Below are positions 52,994-64,000 of a stretch of 64,000 nucleotides of DNA, piece after piece; position 1 is the first letter of the stretch, and every line of letters begins with the position of its first letter. Made by a program: the position numbers and the translations under genes. The DNA comes from Lytechinus pictus (lineage: Eukaryota). The notes beneath the pieces are model-generated. The model saw nothing but the letters and a program-made list of their open reading frames with translations. It searched no databases and was not told where the DNA came from. The stretch spans positions 9,488,001-9,552,000 of the forward strand of contig NC_087249.1 of assembly GCF_037042905.1 (NCBI RefSeq). Reading direction: 5' to 3'.

Positions 52994-54465
52994 ATTTTTT
53001 CTCACTCTTTTATATATTCAATATTTCATTTGGAGATTTTGTAATTACGTCAATTTTAAGTTATTAGTGAAAATTACATATTTCCGCAACAAACGTCAAT
53101 GACTTGACCGTATCTTCGTTTTTACTGGTCAGTTTTCTTCCAAATTTTGATATCGTATAGTGAAGACAATTCTCTACAAATAACGTGTGAATAATTTTGA
53201 CTTTTGACCACAGCATCAATGTGTTATGATGTGTTTAAATTTTTGCAAATTTTTTCTGGACGTAATTTTTGAGAAATTCTTTAGAGAAATGTTTTATTAA
53301 CCAATTGTACAGTCTTCCTGAAAATTTCAAGCCCACTTGCCTTGCATTTTTTTATGTAGGACAATTTTTGTAATTTTGCCGGAACTTTTTAAGGGGCAAT
53401 TTTAACATTGTAAAACATCATTTATGTATTTTTTAGTAAACGCTGCAATATTTAAACGCTATTTGGTTGAAAATTTTCATTCCGGACATTTTGCGGAAAT
53501 TCCTGGATTTTTTTCTGTTTGTTCATTTTTACTTAATATAACATATAACAAATTTTCAGGTACCTTCTGTGAAATGAAAAAATTGTGCAATTTAGTTAAT
53601 TACACATGTTCCCGAAATTTTGCGGGAAAATTGCCAGTATTTGAATCTTTTACCTGACTTTTTTTCAGTAAAAATCATCAAGAAAGAATTTTCAAGTAAA
53701 TGTCAAAGTCATACACAATTAATAAATGGATATTGAAAATTTTTGACGGAAAATATTATTTGAAATGTTTAAAAATTTTCAGAAATTTGGCAAACATTTA
53801 CAAAAAAATCTGGTTCTTTTATCAAATACATCACTCATGAGTTTTGAGGTGAATGCTGTGAAATTATAGCATTATGAAACTTCTCATTAAAATCTATTGA
53901 AATGTAGCAGAAAATTTGAACAAAAATATTTAAGATATTTTAGCTTTTAAAAAGTATCACCTATGAATTTTCAAGTATTCTGTGAAATTAATACCCACTG
54001 ACATTGTGAAATGTCAGTGGGTGAAATTAATAAAAAAAATGCTCAAAGTACAAAGAATTTTTAACAAGAATTTGCATAAAAAACATCAAACTGTCGATTA
54101 AAAATTAGCTGCTGTGAAAATTAAGGCGCCTTTCATTGCGCAATTTTGGAAAGCCAATTTCGGTAAAATCGTCTGAGATTTTTGGAGAGTTTTTAAGCCG
54201 GCATTTTACGTGCTCCTAACTTTATTTCGTATTTAACATATTGCATTATCACCACCATCATTATAATCATCACGATTGTCATCACTACATTTATAATCAC
54301 ATTTAGCAATGGTCAAAATTTATTCCTTTGATGTCTATGATCAAGATTATCAATCATATCTGAATGATTCATTCCCGGGATTCATTTTATACAACATTAG
54401 CCGACAATGAATGAAAAATCATGACAGACCACCTAATTCGTCCGCATGACGAATTAAAATCTAGT
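49997..54465 (+). mobile_element. Non-autonomous Helentron/Helitron2-type rolling-circle element with a tandemly triplicated 5' end
   Basis: 5' subTIR ttaggtggtctgtcat at 49997, 51157 and 52317, each followed by a near-inverted copy. Perfect 3' subTIR atgacagaccacctaa at 54421-54436, hairpin 54434-54456, then CTAGT. T-rich insertion site and no TSD. Confidence 0.85.
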
Positions 54466-55377
54466 GATTATTATTATTGTAGCGCACATAACACACATCG
54501 GAATTCAGAAACGTCTTATTTCATTGATACAACTCCTACTGTCCTTTACTCATGCAAAAATCCTACTGGTTGGCATCTCTTAAAGGCATATTTTCCAAAG
54601 GAAATGATGTTCTAGTTAAGACTTTTAAAGCAAATAAAGATTTATAATGCCTCTGTCCACCATAGGTGTTGATGGAGGCACCATGGTTTTGGGTTTACAT
54701 CTGTTCATCCCATCTTTTTTCTTATGAAAATTCACGAATTATTTGATAAACTTCGTCCAACTATGCAGATACATTCAGGAGTGACAGTGACCTGCTCAGT
54801 TTCGAGGTATCAATGTCAAAGGTCAAAGAGTTGGCAAGGTCAGAGATCACAGATACATCTACATATCTTGTGATATAGACAGTTGTAGGGATCAACTTCA
54901 AATTGGCTTTCATTCGGCTATGATGATCTGATTATATTTTAGTATACCGAGGTCAGAGTCACAGGTCACAGGCCAAAGAGCAGTGGCCAAAGGACCATCA
55001 ACTTCAAACTTTGCTCTTGTATGGATATTGATGCGATGATCAGCGTCCCGTTTCACAAAGACCTGTTACAATAACAAATGCACTATATCTCTAATGAATG
55101 TACAATCAACCAATCAGATTGAAAGATCATAGTAGTCTATAACTTTTATTGCAAATTTGTTATTATAACAAGTTTTATGAACGGGCTTCTGATTAGCATT
55201 GTGGATCACAAGGTCAAAGGTCAAAATATCTTGTTCTGGTGATAAGTAAAGAAATATTTAAGGGTACAATTTCAAACCTTGCTCCATGGATGGCTTATGT
55301 ACCTGTATTGTTAGACTCTTTACCTGTGTTTCATTTTCTAGAAGAAGGGTTATAATTCAATGGAAACATTGTTTTAA

Positions 55378-56222
55378 AGGAGAATGAAACCCTTGGAGCA
55401 GGTTAGCTTATATGAAACAAGGTGCCTGTCTTACAAAGAGTTGTGATTGATCCGATCAATCGCAACTATGGAAAGCCAGCGAAGTCAACATATAAAATAC
55501 ATGTTTGTTAAAAAAAATTCTAGATACAAATGTATATCTATAAATTCATTGATTTCTTGACAATTTTGTGTGTGCTCCTTTGTTTACAAAGGATATCTTG
55601 CAAATTTCCTGTAGAACAAATGATGACACTGATGGATTTCCATAGAGTTACAATTGATTGGATCAAACATAACTCTTTGTAAGACGGGGCATAGATCAAA
55701 GAATAAGATCATCAAAAGTTTTGAGTAAGATTGGTCAAGCGATAAGAAAGTTATATAAGCATTTGAATGTAAAGATCACTAATGTTATTGAGATCCTCTA
55801 ATTGGCAATGTGAAAAAGGTGATAGATCTGTGATGTCACACATGTAAAACTCTCCCCCTTGGACACTAAAAATATACCCCAAAACATCTCTTTTTTGCTC
55901 ATTCTATTGATATGACAAACAATTCATCCATGATACATTGTTGTGAACCATTATTACATGCCCTCATAAAAAAGAACACCTTATCTTGCAAAGAATTGAT
56001 AAAAGAGAAAATTTAAGTGAAATATGTATTAAAGTAATGGGGAAGTTGTACGTGTGTGACGTCACAGATCTTGGTCGCAATGCCCATGGGAAGATCTACA
56101 TAGTGTTACTGATCTGAATATTCAGATGCCCATATTTTTAACTAATTATTCATTCAATCTTCCTCACACATTTATTGATCTATTTGAAGTCAACTGGTCA
56201 GTCTCAAGGGTTTCGTCCTCTT
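55378..56222. mobile_element. Kolobok-like MITE (family of 12848-13430) with a nested Harbinger-like MITE (about 55421-55690)
   Basis: TTAA|aggagaatgaaaccc ... gggtttcgtcctctt|TTAA. Inner gtcttacaaagag / ctctttgtaagac TIRs. Confidence 0.8.
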
Positions 56223-56654
56223 TTAAAGTAAAATCTTGATATAAACATGACAGAAATGTATCATTCTGAATTTGTAAATAAATCTTTCTACACTTTTTTT
56301 CTAAGACATTCGTGTATCTCTTCCTGAATTCTTGTGGATTATGGACATTTATCAATGAGATATTCCTGAGTAAAGACTCATCTATTTTATGTCACAATGA
56401 CTACACGATCAGCTGGGTATTGGCAAGAGAGAGTGAAAAAGACATAATGCCTTATAGAGTGGGATAGAGATAAGTCCTGTCTTTATAATAGACTGTGACC
56501 TGGCGGAGAGCGGGTATAGGAAAGGGGGTGGAAGTTTCCAATGAGATCATAAAACCATGGGTGGTAGCCTCTGTGCGATGTCTTAACAGATGCTTGCTTA
56601 AATTCAACCCTGATAAGATTTTCATGATAACCGATGCACCCTCCTCTCCCCCAA

Positions 56655-57185
56655 AAAAAATAAAAGAGAGGAGAAGAAAAGGGAGAAAGGAAAGAGAATA
56701 AGGGAAGGGGGGGGGGAGGAAAAAGAGAAGGATAATGAAAGAAGGGGAGATGGGAAAGAATAGGAGGTGAAAGAGAAACGGAAGGGAAAGGGAGAGGGAA
56801 AAGAAAAGGAAGGGGAATGAAGGGAAGAGGGTAAAGAAAAGAGATGGAAAGGAATTAAAGGAGAGGGAAAATTTAAAAAAGAAGGGAGAGATGAGAGAAA
56901 AGATCGAAGGAAAGAGAGACCAAAAAATAGAGAAGGAGAAAGGGAGAGGAAAGAAAGGAAGGGTAAAAGAATGGGGGAGAGAGGAGGAAAAGAGCGGGAA
57001 GGAAGAGGAAAGCTAGGAGAAAGAAAAAATGAAGGGAGAGGGGAAAGAAAAAAAAGGTGATTAAGAGGAGAGGAAGAGAAAAGGAAGAAGTGAAAAAGAG
57101 AAGGAAAAATAGGGAAGGGAGAGGAAGAAGAGAGAGAAAAGGAAGTGAAGAGCGAGGGAGAGAAAAGGAGAAAAGAAAGGGATCG
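56655..57185. repeat. Polypurine (GA-rich) low-complexity tract upstream of COPE
   Basis: About 530 bp that are almost entirely A/G on the + strand. Confidence 0.9.
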
Positions 57186-57660
57186 GGGTGGCATTTTGGA
57201 CAGACTGCAAGTAGCGCTATAATGAATTTGCCATAAATAAATACTGCAGTCGGCAGATGCATTTCAAATATTCTGAAATTTCAGTCCTGTCATTTTACCA
57301 GCGCCAGGCAAAAATGGCAGAGGAAAACGGTTAGAAAAGCAATTAAAAAACATAATTCAAGAAAAAGTGCGGTCTTAAACCCGAACCCGCCAGCCAACCC
57401 CAACACCAATCCCAACACCAATCCCAACCCATTTTCTTTTTGATACCCGGCCCCAGGCATTAACTGACGTTCTTTCTCTTTTTTGTGCGTGTGTATTTTC
57501 TTTGTCTTCTGATTGTATTGATGATGGTTTTCAAAGTATTGATATTCAATATCATCATTGTATTCTTGGAAATGAATCGGAAATGAAATAAATTAATGAA
57601 AAAGAATTTGCGTGCAGTAATTCTTTTGTATTAGATCCTTGACAAAGACTACTTGCAAAG

Positions 57661-57667
57661 TGACGTG
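57661..57667 (+). promoter_or_regulatory. TGACGTG (CREB3/CrebA/XBP1-type) motif in the COPE proximal region
   Basis: Exact TGACGTG about 50 nt upstream of the COPE ATG. Confidence 0.4.
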
Positions 57668-57714
57668 TCTGTGAAGCCTGAGGTTCTGTGAATTGAGCTA
57701 AATTTATCTCCAAA

Positions 57715-57816
57715 ATGGCACCAAAGAATGATGATGTGGACGAATTATTTGAAGTGAGGAACTCATTTTACATTGGAAGCTTTCAACAGTGTATCAACGA
57801 AGCCCAAAAGTTAAAG
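57715..57816 (+). CDS. COPE: COPE coding exon 1
   Basis: aaaATGG start. [25 protein letters not shown] motif. Donor gtaaag at 57817. Confidence 0.95.
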
Positions 57817-60800
57817 GTAAAGTCATTAGATGCGATGTGCATCAAATTAATTGGAAAGATTGCAAGAATAATTTTGTTGTACGGTCCCATGCAATACATT
57901 TTATGTTGCATCTGGATGCTGCCAGATGATGGTTTGTTTTACAAACAAACAGTTCCAAAAAATTGCTTTCTGTGCATCATAAAATGAAATATACTCTAGC
58001 GGCTACGATGGCAAGCTATAGAATTTATCGCAAATAGCGTCTGTCGCGTGAAAGCCATTTCACGGGAATAAAAAGGAAAGGGGGCAAATGCAAAAACAGT
58101 TTCGGGCACCACTCTAGGCGACACCCCAATACTTACCCGTGCTAATAAACTGGGACTCCACTCACGCGCGTTTGGGCCTCCCTAGCTTAGAACTAAGCAC
58201 TAATATCACCTTAAAACCTAAATCTACAAGGTATGTATAATCTATTTATAAATTTAATAATGTTTAATCGGTACTCACCGGTTCTTTTGTTGCATTTTCA
58301 GACCATTTCTCACAATTCTTCGTAAATATTTGCGGCAAATTTTGTCGCCATAGACAGCTTAGCGTCCATCTTTATTGATAAATGGAGCGCCCTTTACGAT
58401 AGTTGTTAATGCCGCGGAGAAATCGTTAGGCATTTTGGCCTGTGTTCAAGGCGTTCTTTCTGTTTTATTTTTATATTGAAGATTGTGCATTTGTTGAATA
58501 GCGCCGTCTACGTCAGGTATGAGATCGAGTGTATAAATAAACTCTTCCAAAATAATTATGATTCCGACCTGGCGCTGTTTAACTTCAATCTCTTTCACCT
58601 AAATTAGCGATGAATGCTAGCATTATAAAATATATATTATTAACGTCTGACGAAAAGAATAACCAACCGATCAGCTGACGAGAACGCGAATCACGTGATC
58701 TTCATATCAGCTTCGATCGCGAGTCAGAAGAGAGGAGCAGTTGCCCAGAAAATCAGGAAAAAGCCGTGAAAATGTAAGTTCCCCTTCATTTCTTTCAATT
58801 TTTTTTATTGCTAACAATGTATTCAATTAGTGAGATCGAAATGTAATGATTAGACAGTACGATAGCTTGTAGTTTTGATAAAATACAAAAATAATCATCT
58901 TCACAAAGATTTCTGACACAAAATACTACTGATGTCGCCTATGAGGTCCATACATGTAATGTTGGACCTCATTGGTACTAGGAGTGTCGGGCACTCCTAG
59001 TACCAATGAGGTCCAACATTACATGTATGGACCTCATAGGCGACATCAGTAGTATTTTGTGTCAGAAATCTTTGTGAAGATGATTATTTTTGTATTTTAT
59101 CAAAACTACAAGCTATCGTACTGTCTAATCATTACATTTCGATCTCACTAATTGAATACATTGTTAGCAATAAAAAAAATTGAAAGAAATGAAGGGGAAC
59201 TTACATTTTCACGGCTTTTTCCTGATTTTCTGGGCAACTGCTCTTCTCTTCTGACTCGCGATCGAAGCTGATATGAAGATCACGTGATTCGCGTTCTCGT
59301 CAGCTGATCGGTTGGTTATTCTTTTCGTCAGACGTTAATAATATATATTTTATAATGCTAGCATTCATCGCTAATTTAGGTGAAAGAGATTGAAGTTAAA
59401 CAGCGCCAGGTCGGAATCATAATTATTTTGGAAGAGTGTATTTATACACTCGATCTCATACCTGACGTAGACGGCGCTATTCAACAAATGCACAATCTTC
59501 AATATAAAAATAAAACAGAAAGAACGCCTTGAACACAGGCCAAAATGCCTAACGATTTCTCCGCGGCATTAACAACTATCGTAAAGGGCGCTCCATTTAT
59601 CAATAAAGATGGACGCTAAGCTGTCTATGGCGACAAAATTTGCCGCAAATATTTACGAAGAATTGTGAGAAATGGTCTGAAAATGCAACAAAAGAACCGG
59701 TGAGTACCGATTAAACATTATTAAATTTATAAATAGATTATACATACCTTGTAGATTTAGTTTTTAAGGTGATATTAGTGCTTAGTTCTAAGCTAGGGAG
59801 GCCCAAACGCGCGTGAGTGGAGTCCCAGTTTATTAGCACGGGTAAGTATTGGGGTGTCGCCTAGAGTGGTTTCGGGAAGCCATTTTAAGTTAAAATAAAT
59901 GTTAAAAATAAAATAGGCCTAGGCCTATATCATATCAGTAGAGGCGCACGGCCAATATGGGAAACTGTCTCCCAAGAGAGAGATTAGCTCCAATATCAGA
60001 GACTTTTGTAAATAATTTGGGTATCCAATTTCAGAGACAGTCTGAGTCTCCACTCCAGTTTGGGAGACCAATTTCCTTTGTTTACATTTGCTGCAAAATT
60101 ACCTTGGCGGCAAATAAAAATGTGATAGGCAGATTCCTCATGTAAAATTACCCCTTTTCACCGTCTACTTTTGTTTTGATAAGGATTTTTGTTGTCATCC
60201 ACACACAAAACAAATGGGCTTCTGACTAGCCAGGCGGCTTCTAGAGAGTAAAAATCATTTACTAACGTAAGGTTACTCTCATACGAAGCCAGGACTTCTA
60301 CCTCATAGACCCACACAAAGGAAGCCAAAACCTGAAACTTTCACCCCCGAGATTTCTACTTTCCTTCTAAAAGATCTAGCTCTAAATCATGTACATGGGA
60401 TAAAACTTCATTTCCGACATTTCTACGCTCTCGTTGTTATTTTTAAAACAAGAATTCATAAAAAAAATGAAAAAATATTGTGAAAAGACGGAAGAGACTT
60501 GCCCGATGTTTACGCCGCCATCTTGTTTCTTATTGTACTTCCCCAACGTTACGGACGCGAGCGTCATGGTTCATTAAAGATGAAAAATAAATAAGCCCAT
60601 GTGTGTGTGGTTGTAAAGGGGATGTGGAGTGAGGGTGTCAAAACACACTTAAACATTTAAATCTGATTTCTTAAATGTTTGAATAAGCCTAATACTTAGC
60701 ATGCTATTCTTGTACTAATTAAAAAATTGCAGGAGCTGCGCTTACTATAAACAAATTTGCGGTGTGGTTCACCGTTATATATTTATTTTTTAAATTGCCC

Positions 60801-63433
60801 CCGGTTCCTGTAAAAAGCCCGTGAGCCGGGGGCAATTAAAAAAAAAAATTGCCCCCGGCTCACAGGTGCTTATTTCAAGGCTTGTTGGCCGTGCGCCTCT
60901 ACTGTATATAGGCTATAATAAATGTTTTGTGTAGTGCCACTCAAAATCCAGGATTTTTTCTCTCACACGTAGTGCGAGGTTAGCTAAGCTAACCTCGGGT
61001 CCTCGCTCTACGTATGTGATTGGGTCTTCACAATCATGACAACACAATGGATTTTTGAGAAGTTGGTAAACATCACTTCATAACAGAAGTAATGTATGCC
61101 AAAACCCGTTTTTGCTACTCACCGGGGCTCTTCCCCGTGAGTGGCACTAAAACTATTTTACACGCAAATTGATGCAAAGCATTACCCGAAGTCGGTAAAG
61201 TGTCCAGTCTTTTCATTGTATAGACTTTTGGTGGATCGTTTGTTGACAAACGAACAAAGGCTCGCACTGCTGTTTTTGTTCAAGGCACGTAAAATTTTGA
61301 TTTTTTAAAGATCTGTCGTCGCTTTTAAATGATTTCCAAAAAATATCATCAGCAATAGTAATCTGAAAGCATTTATTGGTGTCCATATTTTATCAAATAA
61401 TCATAGGAATTGCACATAAAATGAATTTAGACAGTTATAAAACTACCGACAAACTGAATTTAGGTTAAATGAAATTTATTTACGCCACCATCAGGCTTCC
61501 TTTTACTTCCATGGAAGAGATATGCGAAACCACTTTTCAGGCTGAGGTAAGCGATTTTGCTATATTTTTTTATTGAATTTCAATGCGTCAAATTAAAAAT
61601 ATATAGATTTTGTATAGCAAAGTAATAATCATTATTAACCCAGAATTTCTCCCCAATATCTAATTAATCAATTAAACCTCAAAAACTTATAATTTTTTTC
61701 TCTTTGATCTTATTCTTAATTTTATTCCCCAAAGTCTTTGTTCATCATGTGTTCAACATCTCTTTCACTAACTTAATTTTTTACTTTGCTCTCAACATGG
61801 ACTGTAGTTAGTGATAGTAAATAATGCAAACTTGCTGCTGTGCATGAATAAACATTTAGCTAAATGAGCATTTCTTATTTGGAAAACTCATTCCGTCTCA
61901 AGTCTCAACTTCAAGTCATGTTAAGGGCATCTTGACCGTTGAGACTGCATCATGCCTTGCCTGGGCTGGGGGGGGGGGTGATCCCAACACACAACCTTTC
62001 AAAGCAGGGCCCTAGATCAGCTATTTACAATTTATGGTATTGGTCATTGGTTTACCAGATGATTTGTAGTTGAAATTCATTGAGCAATTAATTTCATCTT
62101 TATTGCTACAAGGCCCTAACCTTACATTTATTGACAATTTGTAATCTATTTAACATAACAACTCAAACTATTTCTAATTCTTTTCAACCAGCCTTCAAAT
62201 CCAGATTTGGTACTTTCAAGGGATGTTTACATGTACAGAGCGTATGCTGCTGCGGTAAGTTCTTATTGTTTTTTTCATTGTAAAGAAGATGTAGCCTATA
62301 TGGCATCCATGTTTAACTGTGGTCGTCCAGGAGTTCTCTGGGCCCCGTCTTACAAAGAGTTGTGATTGATCCGATCAATTGCAACTATGGACGGCCAGCA
62401 ACGTCAAGATGTATTATGCATGTTTGTTCAAAATATTTTCTAGCTATGATGTATATTCATGCATTAATTGTTTTCTTAAAAATTCACTGTGCTTCTCTTT
62501 GTTACAAAGGACATTGTGCAAATTTCCTGTAGAATTTTTTTTGACACTGATAGATTTCCATAGAGTTACGATTGAGTGGATCAATCGTAACTCTTTGTAT
62601 GATGGGGCCCATAAGTGTAGTCCTGTGTAAACGTGTAGTAGTGTATGTTTTTTAAATATTTCAATGTCATGATATACTGTAAACCTGGGCATTGTAAATA
62701 TCAGTTATCACAAATATATCATAATAATAATAACAAGAATAGATCATGTATATACATGTACCAGCATTGTCAGGTAACTTATCTGCTTGGATCATGTGTT
62801 TGTCATTATTAGAAATATGCAGATCCTTGAAGGTACATGTAAGAGAACGGAGGATAAAAGACGTAATTGATGGTGTAAAACTGTAAAAAAAAATACAAAT
62901 ACAATCTTGTTTATTGCAGATGAAATCTTATTTGCTACTTATAGAGATTTTACCAAAAATCAATTCTGTTTCCATACGGATGCAATAGGTCTACTAGTAT
63001 TAAAATATTTGTAGTTTTAAATCTAGGGTTGGAGTTGGTCATTCTATTTAGTGTGTGGAATTTACAGCGGAGCAATTGTCGCCAGAGCAAATGTCATGGA
63101 ACCCACCTGTCGTGCATAACATTGTGTGTAACTTGTACAAATAGCTTTATGGAATGACCAAGTAGGAATGAAAATCTAGTCAGATAGGAAGTATGTACAC
63201 ATGGCTGTGCATTCTACTGTATAAACCAGGAAGAAACCTTGTGAATTTATTATTGTACCTTAATTTCTGACTACATTTTATTATGATATCACCCCCCCCC
63301 TTATGTTAATTTTTCTATTTATTATATCATAGGGTCGATATGGAGTGGTTTTGGATGAGTTGTCGAGTGCTTCATCACCAGAGCTAAATGCCGTACGCCT
63401 CTTTGCTGATTACCTTGCCAACCCTGATAAGAG
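57715..63433 (+). CDS. COPE: Coatomer subunit epsilon, 5' part: join(57715..57816,62192..62254,63333..63433,...) continuing beyond the window
   Basis: [34 protein letters not shown] / [21 protein letters not shown] / [33 protein letters not shown] matches the recalled epsilon-COP N-terminus. Introns are GT..AG and in phase. Confidence 0.95.
58108..59870. mobile_element. 1.76-kb palindrome made of two inverted copies of a CACTC-ended cassette, in COPE intron 1
   Basis: Arms 58108-58986 and 58992-59870 (879 bp each) with spacer TCGGG. At least 3 substitutions between the arms. Confidence 0.93.
62192..62254 (+). CDS. COPE: COPE coding exon 2
   Basis: accag acceptor. RDVYMYRAY motif. Donor gtaagt. 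Confidence 0.93.
62340..62610. mobile_element. Harbinger-like MITE (family of 43534-43797)
   Basis: ggccccgtcttacaaagag ... ctctttgtatgatggggcc. Confidence 0.8.
63333..63433 (+). CDS. COPE: COPE coding exon 3
   Basis: catag acceptor. YGVVLDEL...[13 protein letters not shown] motif. Donor gtaatg. Confidence 0.93.
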
Positions 63434-64000
63434 GTAATGTGGATATACCTCTTAATAATCCATTGATGACCGAATTCTGTCCTTCTCATTTGCTCTGTAC
63501 AAGGACCAATCATGTCCATTTATAGTCAACAGCTTACAGATAAAGTTTAGTTCAGGCTCTTATTTTATGAATGTTGTTATCAATGACAAATGCATTTTTC
63601 TATTATCCAATCAGATGCCATGTTCTCGGTAGCTTGTAACAGTTAATATATAACAGGTTTTATGGAAAATATCTGGTTGAGTTTAGATATATTTGTCTGA
63701 ATATATTTGGATTTGAAAAAATATGTTGAAGACTACTGGCTCAGTATTCTGTTTCGGGAGATGACCAAGTGGTCTACATGTATCATTTTCTTCACTAGAA
63801 GATAGGTTCTTAACATAAATGATGTCACAGATAGGTAAAATACCCAAACAGGACCACAGTTCCTTTTGTGGTATAGGGATAGTCAACCTGTTCGCAATTT
63901 CCAATTTCTAAGGGAAGTTAACAATGTATTGTTTCTGTGAATGGCTAGTATTTTTTGTATTTCATTTTTTGATTTAAAACATGTTTACATTGCTTGTGAC

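Noticed and set aside
56622..57262. 190-aa and 129-aa F/S/L/P-rich ORFs
   Set aside because: Artefacts of the polypurine tract.

Overview
AT-rich, intron-rich animal genomic DNA; the repeat landscape suggests a marine invertebrate, probably a sea urchin (inference). It holds two + strand spliced genes. INTS14/VWA9 is complete: 8 coding exons over 31357-48936, and my joined CDS is 1554 nt (517 aa plus stop). COPE (coatomer epsilon) is partial: its first three coding exons span 57715-63433. The rest is a dense, often nested set of non-autonomous DNA transposons (Kolobok-like TTAA, PIF/Harbinger-like 3-bp TSD, hAT-like 8-bp TSD, piggyBac-like), plus SINE and LINE remnants. The most unusual structures are: (1) a RecQ-type helicase exon split inside its Walker A motif by a 15-mer foldback element with a 9-bp TSD and a local inverted duplication, converging on a dead CxxC..CxxC ORF; (2) a family of CACTC-ended cassettes with Helentron-like subTIR+hairpin+CTAG ends and conserved outward-facing splice donors, which abut end to end, including a 1.76-kb palindrome in COPE intron 1; (3) a Helentron-type element whose 5' end is tandemly amplified in 1160-bp units, two of which carry a tRNA-like Pol III cassette. 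All family assignments come from reading the sequence by eye; no database search was run.
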